Assembly (NCBI GenBank): GCA_016205145.1
Contig: JACQJH010000002.1
Span: forward strand, 150,001-182,000
Length of the DNA: 32,000 nt
From: Candidatus Iainarchaeum sp.
GTDB taxonomy: Archaea; Iainarchaeota; Iainarchaeia; Iainarchaeales; JACQJH01
Direction: 5' to 3'
Shown piece after piece: positions 15,998 to 24,515 of this stretch. Each line of letters starts with the position of its first letter. The first letter of the stretch is position 1. The notes under the pieces were generated by a model. The model saw nothing but the letters and a program-made list of their open reading frames with translations. It was not told the origin of the DNA and ran no database searches. The position numbers and the translations under genes were made by a program.

Positions 15998-16821
15998 TTT
16001 CCGGCACCTGATTCCGAGTCGGACTTCAAAACAGCCTGCTTGGCCTTTGCCCTCAATTCCGAAATAAGCGGGGAAAATTTTCCGCGGCCGTTCAAAAGCT
16101 GTGCTGCGGCAAACGCTGCATTGTCGGCGCGGTTCAGCCCGACCCAAAGGCCGTTTGTGCTCAGTTCAAGCACCTTCGCCGCCAGCTCAGCCCCGCTTGT
16201 GTCAGCCGCCATAGGCACAAAAATTCGCATGTTCCTGCCAGCGGGCAAAACAATCCTGTTGGTTTTCGACAGTTCCACGAGATGAATTGAAACAGTCCGC
16301 AAATCGGGCTTTGATGTTTCACGCGTGTAAAACTCTATTCCGAACCGTTCCAGCAAAAGCTTGGCATCATTGGCCTTTTCAAACAATTCAAAATCGGAAA
16401 AAGCCGGCTGTACGATTTCAACCTTTTCAAAGCCATCCAGAAAAGCCTTGACCGCAAACGCGGCATCTTCAATGTTTTCAACTCCGGCAGAAAGCACCGG
16501 AATGCCGGACGGCATCTGCGAGCAGGAAAGAAAAGAATCCAAGCCCGAATAATTGGCGTTGACGGGAATGCCTATGACCGGCTGAATCGTTTTTGACGCA
16601 ATCACGCCGGGCAAGGCCGCGGACAGGCCTGCACCCGCCACAAAAATGCGCGCGTTGCTTTTTTCAACCGCAGCCGAAAGTTCCGCGGGAGACTTGTGCG
16701 CGGAAAGAATGCGCAGTTCGGCTTTCACACCAAAATCCGAAAGCCTTTTCATCAGGGGCCTGAAAACAGCCTCATCGGAACCGGAACCGAAAACTACAAG
16801 GCAGTCGGGCATTTGCAACAA
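15994..16821 (-). CDS. purE: PurE (AIR carboxylase / N5-CAIR mutase family) fused to a degenerate second PurE-like domain
   Basis: Domain 1 has GSGSD, SAHK, AGAGLSAALPG and QMPSGIPV. Domain 2 (from about aa 130) keeps PAFSD and NAAFAAAQLL but lacks the SAH(R/K) motif. Confidence 0.8.
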   Translation of the reverse strand: MLQMPDCLVVFGSGSDEAVFRPLMKRLSDFGVKAELRILSAHKSPAELSAAVEKSNARIFVAGAGLSAALPGVIASKTIQPVIGIPVNANYSGLDSFLSCSQMPSGIPVLSAGVENIEDAAFAVKAFLDGFEKVEIVQPAFSDFELFEKANDAKLLLERFGIEFYTRETSKPDLRTVSIHLVELSKTNRIVLPAGRNMRIFVPMAADTSGAELAAKVLELSTNGLWVGLNRADNAAFAAAQLLNGRGKFSPLISELRAKAKQAVLKSDSESGAGK

Positions 16822-16857
16822 AAGAATTGACGGAGAGAAAAAATAAAAACCCCACTT

Positions 16858-17280
16858 TTAAGGATTCAGTTTTGCAACCGCTATTCCCGACAAAACAAAG
16901 TAAACCGCTCCGGCGACAACCGAATTTATGGTGAAGCCGACGGGATAGTTCATGCTCGAAAAAACAATCCAGGCCGAGGGCAGGCCGGCCACAAGCCACA
17001 TCAACAGGCCGAAGTTCTTTCCGCGTTCAACAGCACCGCCCTTGAAGGCATGGCCAAGCTTTGCAAAAACAACCGCCAAGGCAAAGCCCAAAACAACGGG
17101 GTGCAGGAAAAACAAAATCATGACAGGGTCGTTGATGGAGCGCATTCCGCCGAGCGAAAGCACGTTGTAGGACATGCCCGGAATTGCCTGGACCACAAAA
17201 TTGACGACAGCGGAAACAATGAAAATTATGACAGCAGACACAAGGCCGGACGCAGCAAGCTTTTTCATTTCCACGGACAA
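16858..17280 (-). CDS. small four-TM membrane protein (hypothetical)
   Basis: Hydrophobic profile. A TATA-like TTTAAAT on the minus strand (about 17312-17318) lies about 32-38 nt upstream of the ATG. Confidence 0.55.
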   Translation of the reverse strand: MSVEMKKLAASGLVSAVIIFIVSAVVNFVVQAIPGMSYNVLSLGGMRSINDPVMILFFLHPVVLGFALAVVFAKLGHAFKGGAVERGKNFGLLMWLVAGLPSAWIVFSSMNYPVGFTINSVVAGAVYFVLSGIAVAKLNP

Positions 17281-17333
17281 GCACCCTCAGCCAATATTGC
17301 AGTCCAAGTGGGATTTAAACTTTTCCAGCCCGC

Positions 17334-17705
17334 CTAAGCAAGTGCTACGCACTCAATCTCGACAAGCGCGCCTTTCGGCAAGGCGGAAACCTCGACAGTT
17401 GCGCGGGCTGGCTTTGAAGCGAAATGCCTTGCATACACTTCATTCATCGCCTGGAAGTCAGCCATGCTTTTCAAAAAAACCGTTGTCTTGACGACCTTTT
17501 CCAGGGAAGAACCGGCGGCTTCGAGCACCGCCTTCAGGTTTTTGCAGGCCTGCCCCGTCTGCCCGGCAATTCCGCCAGCAACAAATTCGCCTGTCTTCGG
17601 GTCAATCGGAATCTGGCCGGAGCAGAAGACAAAACCGTTCGCCTTTATTGCCTGCGAGTAGGGGCCGATTGCGGCGGGGGCGTTTTTTGAAAAGATTTTT
17701 TCCAT
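17334..17705 (-). CDS. ridA: RidA/YjgF/UK114 family reactive enamine/imine deaminase
   Basis: [12 protein letters not shown]...GQIPIDP...[19 protein letters not shown]. The ATG at 17705 gives the canonical 123-aa length. Confidence 0.9.
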   Translation of the reverse strand: MEKIFSKNAPAAIGPYSQAIKANGFVFCSGQIPIDPKTGEFVAGGIAGQTGQACKNLKAVLEAAGSSLEKVVKTTVFLKSMADFQAMNEVYARHFASKPARATVEVSALPKGALVEIECVALA

Positions 17706-17779
17706 TATGCGGACCACAAGAAATAATTTGGGAAAACTGTTAAAAAATGCGATTGCCGCGCCCATAAACACAAAACGCC

Positions 17780-17796
17780 AATACGTTTTTCGTATT
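17780..17796. promoter_or_regulatory. inverted repeat AATACG-N5-CGTATT in the ridA/pckG divergent region
   Basis: A 6-bp perfect dyad followed by a T-run. It lies between the two start codons, upstream of the TATA-like TTTTTTTAAGG near 17805-17815. Confidence 0.25.
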
Positions 17797-17858
17797 TTTT
17801 AGTTCTTTTTTTAAGGTTTTTCGTTGACGGGTTTTAGGGACAAAAGGGGGAACAGGGA

Positions 17859-19634
17859 ATGGTTGAAACAATCAATGCCGGTCTTGCCAAAAACGCTTTT
17901 TTGAAAAAATGGGTCGAGGAATGCGCCGAACTGTGCCAGCCGGAAAGAATCTGGTGGATGGACGGAAGCGAAGAGGAAAAGGAAAAGCTCACTGATGAGG
18001 CTTACAAGACCGGGGATTTCATAAAGCTCAACCAGGAAAAACTGCCGGGCTGCAACCTGCACAGGTCCGCGGTCAACGACGTCGCAAGGACAGAACAATT
18101 GACGTTCATCTGCACTGCACAAAAGGATGATGCTGGGCCGATGAACAACTGGATGGCACCCGACGAGGCTTACGCAAAGCTTTCGGGCATTTTCAGGGAT
18201 TCTATGAAGGGCAGGACAATGTTCGTCATACCGTTTTCAATGGGGCCATTGCACTCGCCGTTCAGGAAAATCGGCGTGCAAATCTCGGACAGCCATTACG
18301 TTGCATTGAACATGCGCATAATGACGCGCATCGGAAAAAAGGTGCTCGAAGCGCTCGGCGATTCCGATGATTTCACAAAATGCCTGCACGGAAAAGCGGA
18401 ATTGGACATGGAAAAGAGGTTCATCTGCCATTTCCCCGAAGACAATGCCGTTTGGAGCGTGGGCTCCGGCTATGGCGGAAACGCATTGCTCGGAAAAAAA
18501 TGCCTTGCATTGCGCATTGCAAGCTATCTGGGCAAAAAGGAGGGCTGGATGGCGGAGCACATGCTCATAATGGGCGTGCAGAACCCGGAAGGCAAAACCC
18601 ATTTCATTGCCGCGGCATTCCCAAGCGCGTGCGGAAAAACAAATCTCGCAATGCTTATTCCGCCCGCAGAATTCAGGGGCTGGAAAATCTGGACGATCGG
18701 CGACGACATTGCATGGATCCGCATTGAAAAAGACGGCAGGATGTATGCAGTCAATCCCGAAAACGGCTTTTTCGGCGTTGCCCCGCAGACAAGCTACAGG
18801 ACAAACCCGAACGCAATGAAAACAATCGGCAAAAACACCATTTTCACGAACGTCCTTTTGAGGGACGATGGAACGGTCTGGTGGGAAGGCATGGAGGAAG
18901 CGCCAGCCAAAGGAACCGACTGGAAAGGCGAGCCATGGACTCCGCAGAAAGGCGAGCCAGGCGCGCACCCGAATTCAAGGTTTACGGCGCCGGTTTCGCA
19001 GTGCCCGTCGCTTTACCCGGACTGGGAAAACCCGAAAGGCGTTCCGTTGTCCGCAATCATTTTCGGGGGAAGGCGCGCAACGACAATGCCGCTGGTGTTC
19101 GAGGCATTCGACTGGCAGCACGGCACCTTTGTGGGCGCAACAATGTCATCCGAAAAGACTGCTGCAGCGGTCGGCAAAGTCGGGGAAGTGCGGAGAGACC
19201 CCATGGCGATGCTGCCGTTCTGCGGCTACCACATGGGCGACTATTTCAGGCACTGGCTCGACATGGGCAAAAAGGCGGAGAATTGCCCGAAGATTTTCCA
19301 CGTCAACTGGTTCAGGAAAGACGGGAATGGGAAGTTCCTGTGGCCGGGCTTCGGGGAAAACCTGCGCGTGCTCAAATGGGTAATCGAAAGGTGCGAAGGC
19401 AATGGCAGGGCGGAAAAAACCGCCATCGGATTCGTGCCGGAAAAAGGCGCGATCGACACGCATGGAATCAGCGTAAGCGAAAGCCAAATGCTCGAGCTGC
19501 TCAAAGTGGACAAGGCCGAATGGGCCGGCGAAACGAAAAGCCAACTGGAACTGCTTGACAAAATCGGCGAAAGGCTGCCAAAGGAAATCCGCGAAGAGCA
19601 CGAAAAGCTGGCGCACAGGCTGCAATCACAATAG
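17859..19634 (+). CDS. pckG: phosphoenolpyruvate carboxykinase (GTP)
   Basis: GTP-PEPCK pattern: kinase-1a FPSACGKTNLAML, plus WMAEHMLIMG and NWFRKD. GGGGG lies 8 nt upstream of the ATG. Confidence 0.95.
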   Translation: MVETINAGLAKNAFLKKWVEECAELCQPERIWWMDGSEEEKEKLTDEAYKTGDFIKLNQEKLPGCNLHRSAVNDVARTEQLTFICTAQKDDAGPMNNWMAPDEAYAKLSGIFRDSMKGRTMFVIPFSMGPLHSPFRKIGVQISDSHYVALNMRIMTRIGKKVLEALGDSDDFTKCLHGKAELDMEKRFICHFPEDNAVWSVGSGYGGNALLGKKCLALRIASYLGKKEGWMAEHMLIMGVQNPEGKTHFIAAAFPSACGKTNLAMLIPPAEFRGWKIWTIGDDIAWIRIEKDGRMYAVNPENGFFGVAPQTSYRTNPNAMKTIGKNTIFTNVLLRDDGTVWWEGMEEAPAKGTDWKGEPWTPQKGEPGAHPNSRFTAPVSQCPSLYPDWENPKGVPLSAIIFGGRRATTMPLVFEAFDWQHGTFVGATMSSEKTAAAVGKVGEVRRDPMAMLPFCGYHMGDYFRHWLDMGKKAENCPKIFHVNWFRKDGNGKFLWPGFGENLRVLKWVIERCEGNGRAEKTAIGFVPEKGAIDTHGISVSESQMLELLKVDKAEWAGETKSQLELLDKIGERLPKEIREEHEKLAHRLQSQ

Positions 19635-20036
19635 CCTTTGAAGCTTTTGCGTCGACAAAATCTTCACTTTACCCTGCCGGCTGAAATGCAGGTCATCGGA
19701 CCAAACGGCGCATTTTTCCTGCATGGCGAGCGCAAGGAAAGGCGTGTCGGCTTCATCTATTTCACGCATAATTTCGAAAGCCCCTTTCAAATAAACCGCG
19801 CTGATTTCGGTTTCATCAAAAAGCCGGATTTTCCGGAAAAACATGTCAAAAAGGGCAAGGTAATCCCGCCGTGTTATGCCTGCCTTTGAAAGGATTTCCT
19901 TTTCATGCTTTTTTATTTCAGCCTGTGAAAAGTATACGCCGAGAAAGCTGAATTTCGGGCTTAAAAGAATTTTTCTTGAAACCGAATCCCGGATCAGCGC
20001 GGCAAATATCCTGTTCGAGTCAACAACAAGTTTCAT
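19626..20036 (-). CDS. vapC: PIN-domain protein (VapC-like toxin)
   Basis: Acidic positions VVDSN, DEADTPFLALA and SDDLHF. 136 aa. The ATG overlaps the upstream antitoxin stop (ATGA 20033-20036). Confidence 0.75.
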   Translation of the reverse strand: MKLVVDSNRIFAALIRDSVSRKILLSPKFSFLGVYFSQAEIKKHEKEILSKAGITRRDYLALFDMFFRKIRLFDETEISAVYLKGAFEIMREIDEADTPFLALAMQEKCAVWSDDLHFSRQGKVKILSTQKLQRLL

Positions 20037-20257
20037 GTGCTGAACCTTTTGCTGAAGCGTTTCCAGATTTCCGCCTTGATGTTGTTCCCGATTTTTTCGG
20101 CATCCGCCTCTGAAAGCCTGCTGTTCCGCAAGGCATTGTCGGCCCATTCAAGCTCTTCAACCTTTTTTTCAAAGGCAAGCCTTGCAACCTCGCTCCAGCG
20201 GACATCCAAATGCCGCCCCATCCGCTTTTTCAGTTCCGAAGGGATGGCCAAAGTCAT
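20033..20257 (-). CDS. vapB: small antitoxin-like protein (VapB-like, RHH-type N-terminus)
   Basis: MTLAIPSELKKRM beta-strand/helix start. 74 aa and directly coupled to the PIN gene. A TATA-like TTTAAATAT on the minus strand lies about 35-40 nt upstream. Confidence 0.6.
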   Translation of the reverse strand: MTLAIPSELKKRMGRHLDVRWSEVARLAFEKKVEELEWADNALRNSRLSEADAEKIGNNIKAEIWKRFSKRFST

Positions 20258-20317
20258 GTTAGGCACAGACAACCACCAAAGCAAATTATGTGAAAACACA
20301 TATTTAAAGCAGTCGGC

Positions 20318-21316
20318 TTACGGCTTTTCCGGGAACAGAGTGTACTTGTGCAGTTTGAAAACGAGCAGGGATTCGTAGTCCTCGACCACACCGGAAAACT
20401 TGGAAGTCAATTCAGCCATTACTGCCCTGAACTGTTCCGGGCTTTCGGCTTCGACGTCAAGCTCGAAATCCCATTCGCCAAGCGACTTTATGACGTAGAC
20501 TATGCGGTCGGCAGCACTGCAATAACCGAGGAATTTTTTCACGCGTTCCGCTGAGGCAACGTTCGCAAAGACAAGGACCTTGTAATGAAGCTGGCCGATA
20601 GCGGAATGGTTTAACATTACGGTAAACTTCGTTATCACGCCCTCCTTTTTCATGCGCCGCATCCTAAACAGGACCGTGTCCGGGGAAACGCCTGTCTGCT
20701 GGGCGATTTCAACCGAGTTCATGCGGCAGTTTTGGCCCAACAGCCACAATATTTTTTGGTCAACCCGGTCAAGCGGCGTTTCCCCGGATTGCGAAGTATA
20801 GCTTGGCCGGCCAGCCGCTTTTGCGGGCACCTTTTTTGTCCCGGAAAGATAGGAACGCGGAAGGTAGTTGCCCCAGACGTTCACGGAAATTTTTTTCTTG
20901 GCGATGTTTTCATTGAATTTCTCAAGAAATGAATCGAGAAAAGCGTCAAGCGCCAGCGGGGTCGAAGCAAAGGCTGTGAACGCAATGTCGAAGTTTCCGT
21001 CTATTTCCGCAACCCATGCGGTGGCTTCGCTTTCGCACAGGAACTTTACTATGTGGCTTTTCCTGCCTTCGGCAAGGTTGTGGAGCCTGAGCAGTACCTT
21101 GAAAATTGATTTGCCGAATTTTGCAGGATTTATGACCGCAAAATACTTGAAAATGACGCCGCCATCTTCAAAACGTTTTATCCTGTACCTTACTACTTCC
21201 TGCGAAAGCCGCACGTTTTTCGCTATGGCGGAAAAAGAAGATGATGAATCCAGGTCCAGTTCGGCGAGGATCTGCCTGTCCTTCGAGTCCAAAGCCGCAA
21301 AATCCCAGCTTGCCAT
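20318..21316 (-). CDS. tandem (duplicated) Lrp/AsnC-type transcriptional regulator
   Basis: Two HTH_AsnC-like segments (DRQILAELDLDSSSSFSAIAKNVRLSQEVVRYRIKRFE and DQKILWLLGQNCRMNSVEIAQQTGVSPDTVLFRMRRMK). Each is followed by a RAM-like domain. Confidence 0.8.
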   Translation of the reverse strand: MASWDFAALDSKDRQILAELDLDSSSSFSAIAKNVRLSQEVVRYRIKRFEDGGVIFKYFAVINPAKFGKSIFKVLLRLHNLAEGRKSHIVKFLCESEATAWVAEIDGNFDIAFTAFASTPLALDAFLDSFLEKFNENIAKKKISVNVWGNYLPRSYLSGTKKVPAKAAGRPSYTSQSGETPLDRVDQKILWLLGQNCRMNSVEIAQQTGVSPDTVLFRMRRMKKEGVITKFTVMLNHSAIGQLHYKVLVFANVASAERVKKFLGYCSAADRIVYVIKSLGEWDFELDVEAESPEQFRAVMAELTSKFSGVVEDYESLLVFKLHKYTLFPEKP

Positions 21317-21411
21317 AAATTTACTAATTACCGCAAATGTATTAAAAATGCTCGGTTTTTAGTAAAAAAGCTAAAATAATTATTATATCTGTCGAACACG
21401 GCAATGTATGT

Positions 21412-21783
21412 ATGGCTTCTTTCATGCTGCTCGAAATACTGGCGCATATTCTCAGCCTTGACTTCGGCTGGATTTCTGGCTTTGCCCTGAACAACCTGCT
21501 TTGGGTTTTCATACTGCTGGCATTGGCGCATTTTTTCTGGGAAAAAACGCCCCTGCTCATTGGCTTCGGCGTTGTCGTCGTCTACGTTCTCGGCAGCGTC
21601 ACTTTCACGGACATTCTCGGCTGGGCCCTGCTCACGCCGGCATTCCTGCTCATTTCATACATTTCAAGGATCGCCATCTCAACTTTTGCCGCACACGACG
21701 AGGCTTTGGCGCCGAAACTGCCTCTAATTCTCGTCGCACAGTTTTTTGCGGCCCTAGTAATCTACAACCTTTTCCTAAGGTGA
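21412..21783 (+). CDS. four-TM membrane protein (hypothetical)
   Basis: Hydrophobic profile. An AT-rich divergent promoter region lies upstream. Confidence 0.55.
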   Translation: MASFMLLEILAHILSLDFGWISGFALNNLLWVFILLALAHFFWEKTPLLIGFGVVVVYVLGSVTFTDILGWALLTPAFLLISYISRIAISTFAAHDEALAPKLPLILVAQFFAALVIYNLFLR

Positions 21784-21790
21784 AAAAAAG

Positions 21791-21958
21791 ATGAACATCC
21801 TGAATTCAATCAATGTCCTGCTGGTTTTCATCATGGGCGTTTCAGTGGTGTCGGTACTGGCGCCGGGCATTTTCTCGCAAAACGTCTTCTCGATTGCCGG
21901 CGTCATAGGAATAGGCGTTTACTTCCAGTCGATTTCAGCGCTTTTGGGGCTGCGTTAG
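21791..21958 (+). CDS. small two-TM membrane protein (55 aa), not in the ORF track
   Basis: My own translation is [55 protein letters not shown], with stop TAG at 21956-21958. AGGTGA (overlapping the upstream stop) lies 7 nt before the ATG. Confidence 0.5.
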   Translation: MNILNSINVLLVFIMGVSVVSVLAPGIFSQNVFSIAGVIGIGVYFQSISALLGLR

Positions 21959-21993
21959 GTTTAATTATTTTCCCCAATTCAAGCTATACTTAT

Positions 21994-23766
21994 ATGGCTG
22001 AAAGAAAGCTCCGCTCTGACACGATCAAAAAAGGCTTTGAACGCGCGCCGCACCGCTCGCTTTTGAGGGCGACCGGCGTCATAAAAGACGAAAAGGATTT
22101 TGACAAGCCGTTCATCGGCATAGCCAACAGTTACACCGACACCGTGCCGGGGCATGTGCACTTGCAGGAACTTGGAAAGATTGCAAAGGAAGCCGTCAGG
22201 GAAGCGGGCGGCGTCCCATTTGAATTCAACACAATCGGCGTCGACGACGGCATTGCAATGGGCCACATCGGCATGCGCTATTCTCTTCCGAGCAGGGAAC
22301 TGATTGCGGATTGCGTCGAAACCATGATTGAGGCGCACAGGCTTGACGGCATTGTAATGATTGCGAACTGCGACAAGATTGTTCCCGGCATGATGATGGC
22401 GGCCGCGCGCATAAACGTTCCCGCGGTTTACGTTTCCGGCGGGCCGATGGAAGCAGGCCATTTGAATGGAAAGGCCGTCGACCTCATCAGCGTTTTCGAG
22501 GGCATCGGCGAAGTCAGCGAGGGAAAAATGTCGGAAAAGGAATTGAAGGAGCTGGAAAAAGTTGCGTGCCCGACGTGCGGCTCTTGCTCCGGCATGTTCA
22601 CTGCAAACAGCATGAACTGCCTTGCCGAAGCCATAGGCCTGGCCCTGCCCGGAAACGGCACGTTCATTGCAACCGGCAAGAAAAGAAGGGAGCTTGTCGC
22701 GAAGGCGGCAAAGCAGATAATGATGCTGGTCGAAAAAGACATCAAGCCGCGCGACATCATAACGCAGAAAAGCCTTGACAACGCATTCATTCTGGACATG
22801 GCGATGGGCGGCTCGACAAACACTGTCCTGCATACCCTTGCGATTGCGCGCGAGGCAGGCGTCGACTACCCGATGGAACGCATAAACAGGCTTGCGGAAA
22901 AAGTGCCTTACATCTGCAAGGTTTCTCCAGCGGAACCTGACACGCACGTTGAGGACGTTGACAGGGCGGGCGGGATTTCAGCAATATTGCACGAAGTTTC
23001 GCAGATCAAAGGCGTCCTGAACCTTGACACGCCCACGGTTACGGGGAAAACACTCGGCGAAAACATAAAGGACGCAAAGGTTCTTGACAGGAAAATCATA
23101 AGGAGCGTTTCGGACCCGCACCAGAAAAAAGGCGGCCTCCGCGTTTTGTTCGGAAACCTTGCCCCGGAAGGCGCAATCATCAAGGCCGGCGCTGTCGACA
23201 AGGACTCGCACAGGTTTGAAGGCAAAGCAGTCTGCTTCGACTCGGAAGACGAGGCAATGAAGGCAATCCTTGCGCGCAGGATAAAAAAAGGCGACGTTGT
23301 CGTCATCCGCTACGAGGGGCCGAGAGGGGGGCCCGGCATGCCGGAAATGCTTTCCCCTACAAGCGCGATTGTCGGCCAGGGCCTGGGAAAGGAAGTTGCG
23401 CTCATCACAGACGGAAGATTTTCAGGCGGCACAAGGGGAATCTGCGTGGGGCATATTTCGCCGGAAGCCGCGTCCCGCGGGCCGATTGCCGCGCTCAAAA
23501 ACGGCGATACGATTGTAATTGACATTGAAAATGCGAAAATCGACGTTTCATTGCCGGAAAAGGAGCTCAGGGAAAGGCTTGCAAAACTCCCGGAATTCGA
23601 ACTCAAAATCAGGCGCGGCTGGCTTGCAAGGTATGCCCTGATGGTTTCAAGCGCGAACACCGGCGCAATCCTGATGCAGAGCGGCCTCCAGCCCAAAACC
23701 GCAAAGCAAAGCGAAATTGAAAGGCTGAACGGCAAGTCAGGCTACCGGAAACTCGAAGACGCCTGA
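21994..23766 (+). CDS. ilvD: dihydroxy-acid dehydratase
   Basis: IlvD/Edd pattern: [28 protein letters not shown] and [10 protein letters not shown]. Confidence 0.95.
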   Translation: MAERKLRSDTIKKGFERAPHRSLLRATGVIKDEKDFDKPFIGIANSYTDTVPGHVHLQELGKIAKEAVREAGGVPFEFNTIGVDDGIAMGHIGMRYSLPSRELIADCVETMIEAHRLDGIVMIANCDKIVPGMMMAAARINVPAVYVSGGPMEAGHLNGKAVDLISVFEGIGEVSEGKMSEKELKELEKVACPTCGSCSGMFTANSMNCLAEAIGLALPGNGTFIATGKKRRELVAKAAKQIMMLVEKDIKPRDIITQKSLDNAFILDMAMGGSTNTVLHTLAIAREAGVDYPMERINRLAEKVPYICKVSPAEPDTHVEDVDRAGGISAILHEVSQIKGVLNLDTPTVTGKTLGENIKDAKVLDRKIIRSVSDPHQKKGGLRVLFGNLAPEGAIIKAGAVDKDSHRFEGKAVCFDSEDEAMKAILARRIKKGDVVVIRYEGPRGGPGMPEMLSPTSAIVGQGLGKEVALITDGRFSGGTRGICVGHISPEAASRGPIAALKNGDTIVIDIENAKIDVSLPEKELRERLAKLPEFELKIRRGWLARYALMVSSANTGAILMQSGLQPKTAKQSEIERLNGKSGYRKLEDA

Positions 23767-23831
23767 ACAAACGCCGAAAAACTTATTAAAAGCACCCATC
23801 ATATTACTATTAAATCAATAGGTGTTATTTT

Positions 23832-24077
23832 ATGGACTCCTCCACTCTGACCGTGAAGTTCAAGGGAATTGAGAACGAAATACTCGACGAAATGGTCGCA
23901 TCCGGCATGTTCGCAACCAAGACTGAGGCATTAAGGTCCGCGCTGGTTAAATATGCCATTGACGCCGACATGTTCAAGGGAAAGGCGCTCTGGGAACGCA
24001 TAAAAAGCGCTCCGCGCAGAAAGGTTTCAGACAAGCAGCTTTTCCAGGACATCGGGGCAGTCAAGAATGAAGCCTGA
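23832..24077 (+). CDS. vapB: ribbon-helix-helix/CopG-like antitoxin (VapB-like)
   Basis: 81 aa. LTVKFKGIENEILDEMVASGMFATKTEALRSALVKY fits a strand-helix-helix pattern. It overlaps the downstream PIN gene by 11 nt. Confidence 0.6.
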   Translation: MDSSTLTVKFKGIENEILDEMVASGMFATKTEALRSALVKYAIDADMFKGKALWERIKSAPRRKVSDKQLFQDIGAVKNEA

Positions 24078-24492
24078 ACCGTTCATTGATTCAAGCGTTT
24101 TCATAATAGCCAAGGAACGGCCGCAGTCGAATTCGGCAAAAATAATGGAATTGCTTGCCGGCAGGGAAATAGAAGCGGTCGTTTCAGCCAAAGTCGTGAG
24201 GGAAGTTTTCGCCTACTTCAAAGGCCATTACGGGAAAGACATTGCGTCGGATTACCGCCTGTTTATAATGCAGGCGTGCCGGATAATCGAACCGTACACA
24301 ATAGAAAAGGAACTCGCGCAGTGGAAAAACAGGATAAAGGAAAAGGACTTGGAGCACATTGCCACAGCCAAGGCCGTTCACGCAAAATTTTTGGTGGGCT
24401 TCGACCGCCACTTCAAGCCGTTCCCCGAATACAGGACGCCGAAGAAGTTCCTCAAAGAAATTGGAATAAAAGAAAGGCGGACAGAATACTGA
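24067..24492 (+). CDS. vapC: PIN-domain protein (VapC-like toxin)
   Basis: Acidic positions FIDSSVF, VVREV, KDLEH and GFDRHF. 141 aa. Confidence 0.7.
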   Translation: MKPEPFIDSSVFIIAKERPQSNSAKIMELLAGREIEAVVSAKVVREVFAYFKGHYGKDIASDYRLFIMQACRIIEPYTIEKELAQWKNRIKEKDLEHIATAKAVHAKFLVGFDRHFKPFPEYRTPKKFLKEIGIKERRTEY

Positions 24493-24515
24493 AAAAAAAG
24501 GCCGCCCCCAGAAGA

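Noticed and set aside
15515-16285. 256-aa ORF on the + strand spanning the purC/purE junction (similarly 18237..18968 opposite pckG)
   Set aside because: It lies opposite two well-supported genes and crosses their boundary. No motif is present.
1198-17796. Shared hexamer CGTATT/AATACG between the 1198-1222 hairpin and the 17780-17796 dyad
   Set aside because: A 6-mer is expected about 15 times by chance on both strands of 32 kb. The half-sites are also arranged in the opposite order at the two sites.
21979-22947. 322-aa ORF on the - strand
   Set aside because: It is antisense to ilvD. No motif is present, and the composition is Arg/Ala/His-rich as expected for a shadow frame.
23680-23766. 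Apparent C-terminal extension of about 30 aa on IlvD ([29 protein letters not shown])
   Set aside because: I cannot judge this without an alignment. IlvD C-termini vary in length, and the tail has no motif.
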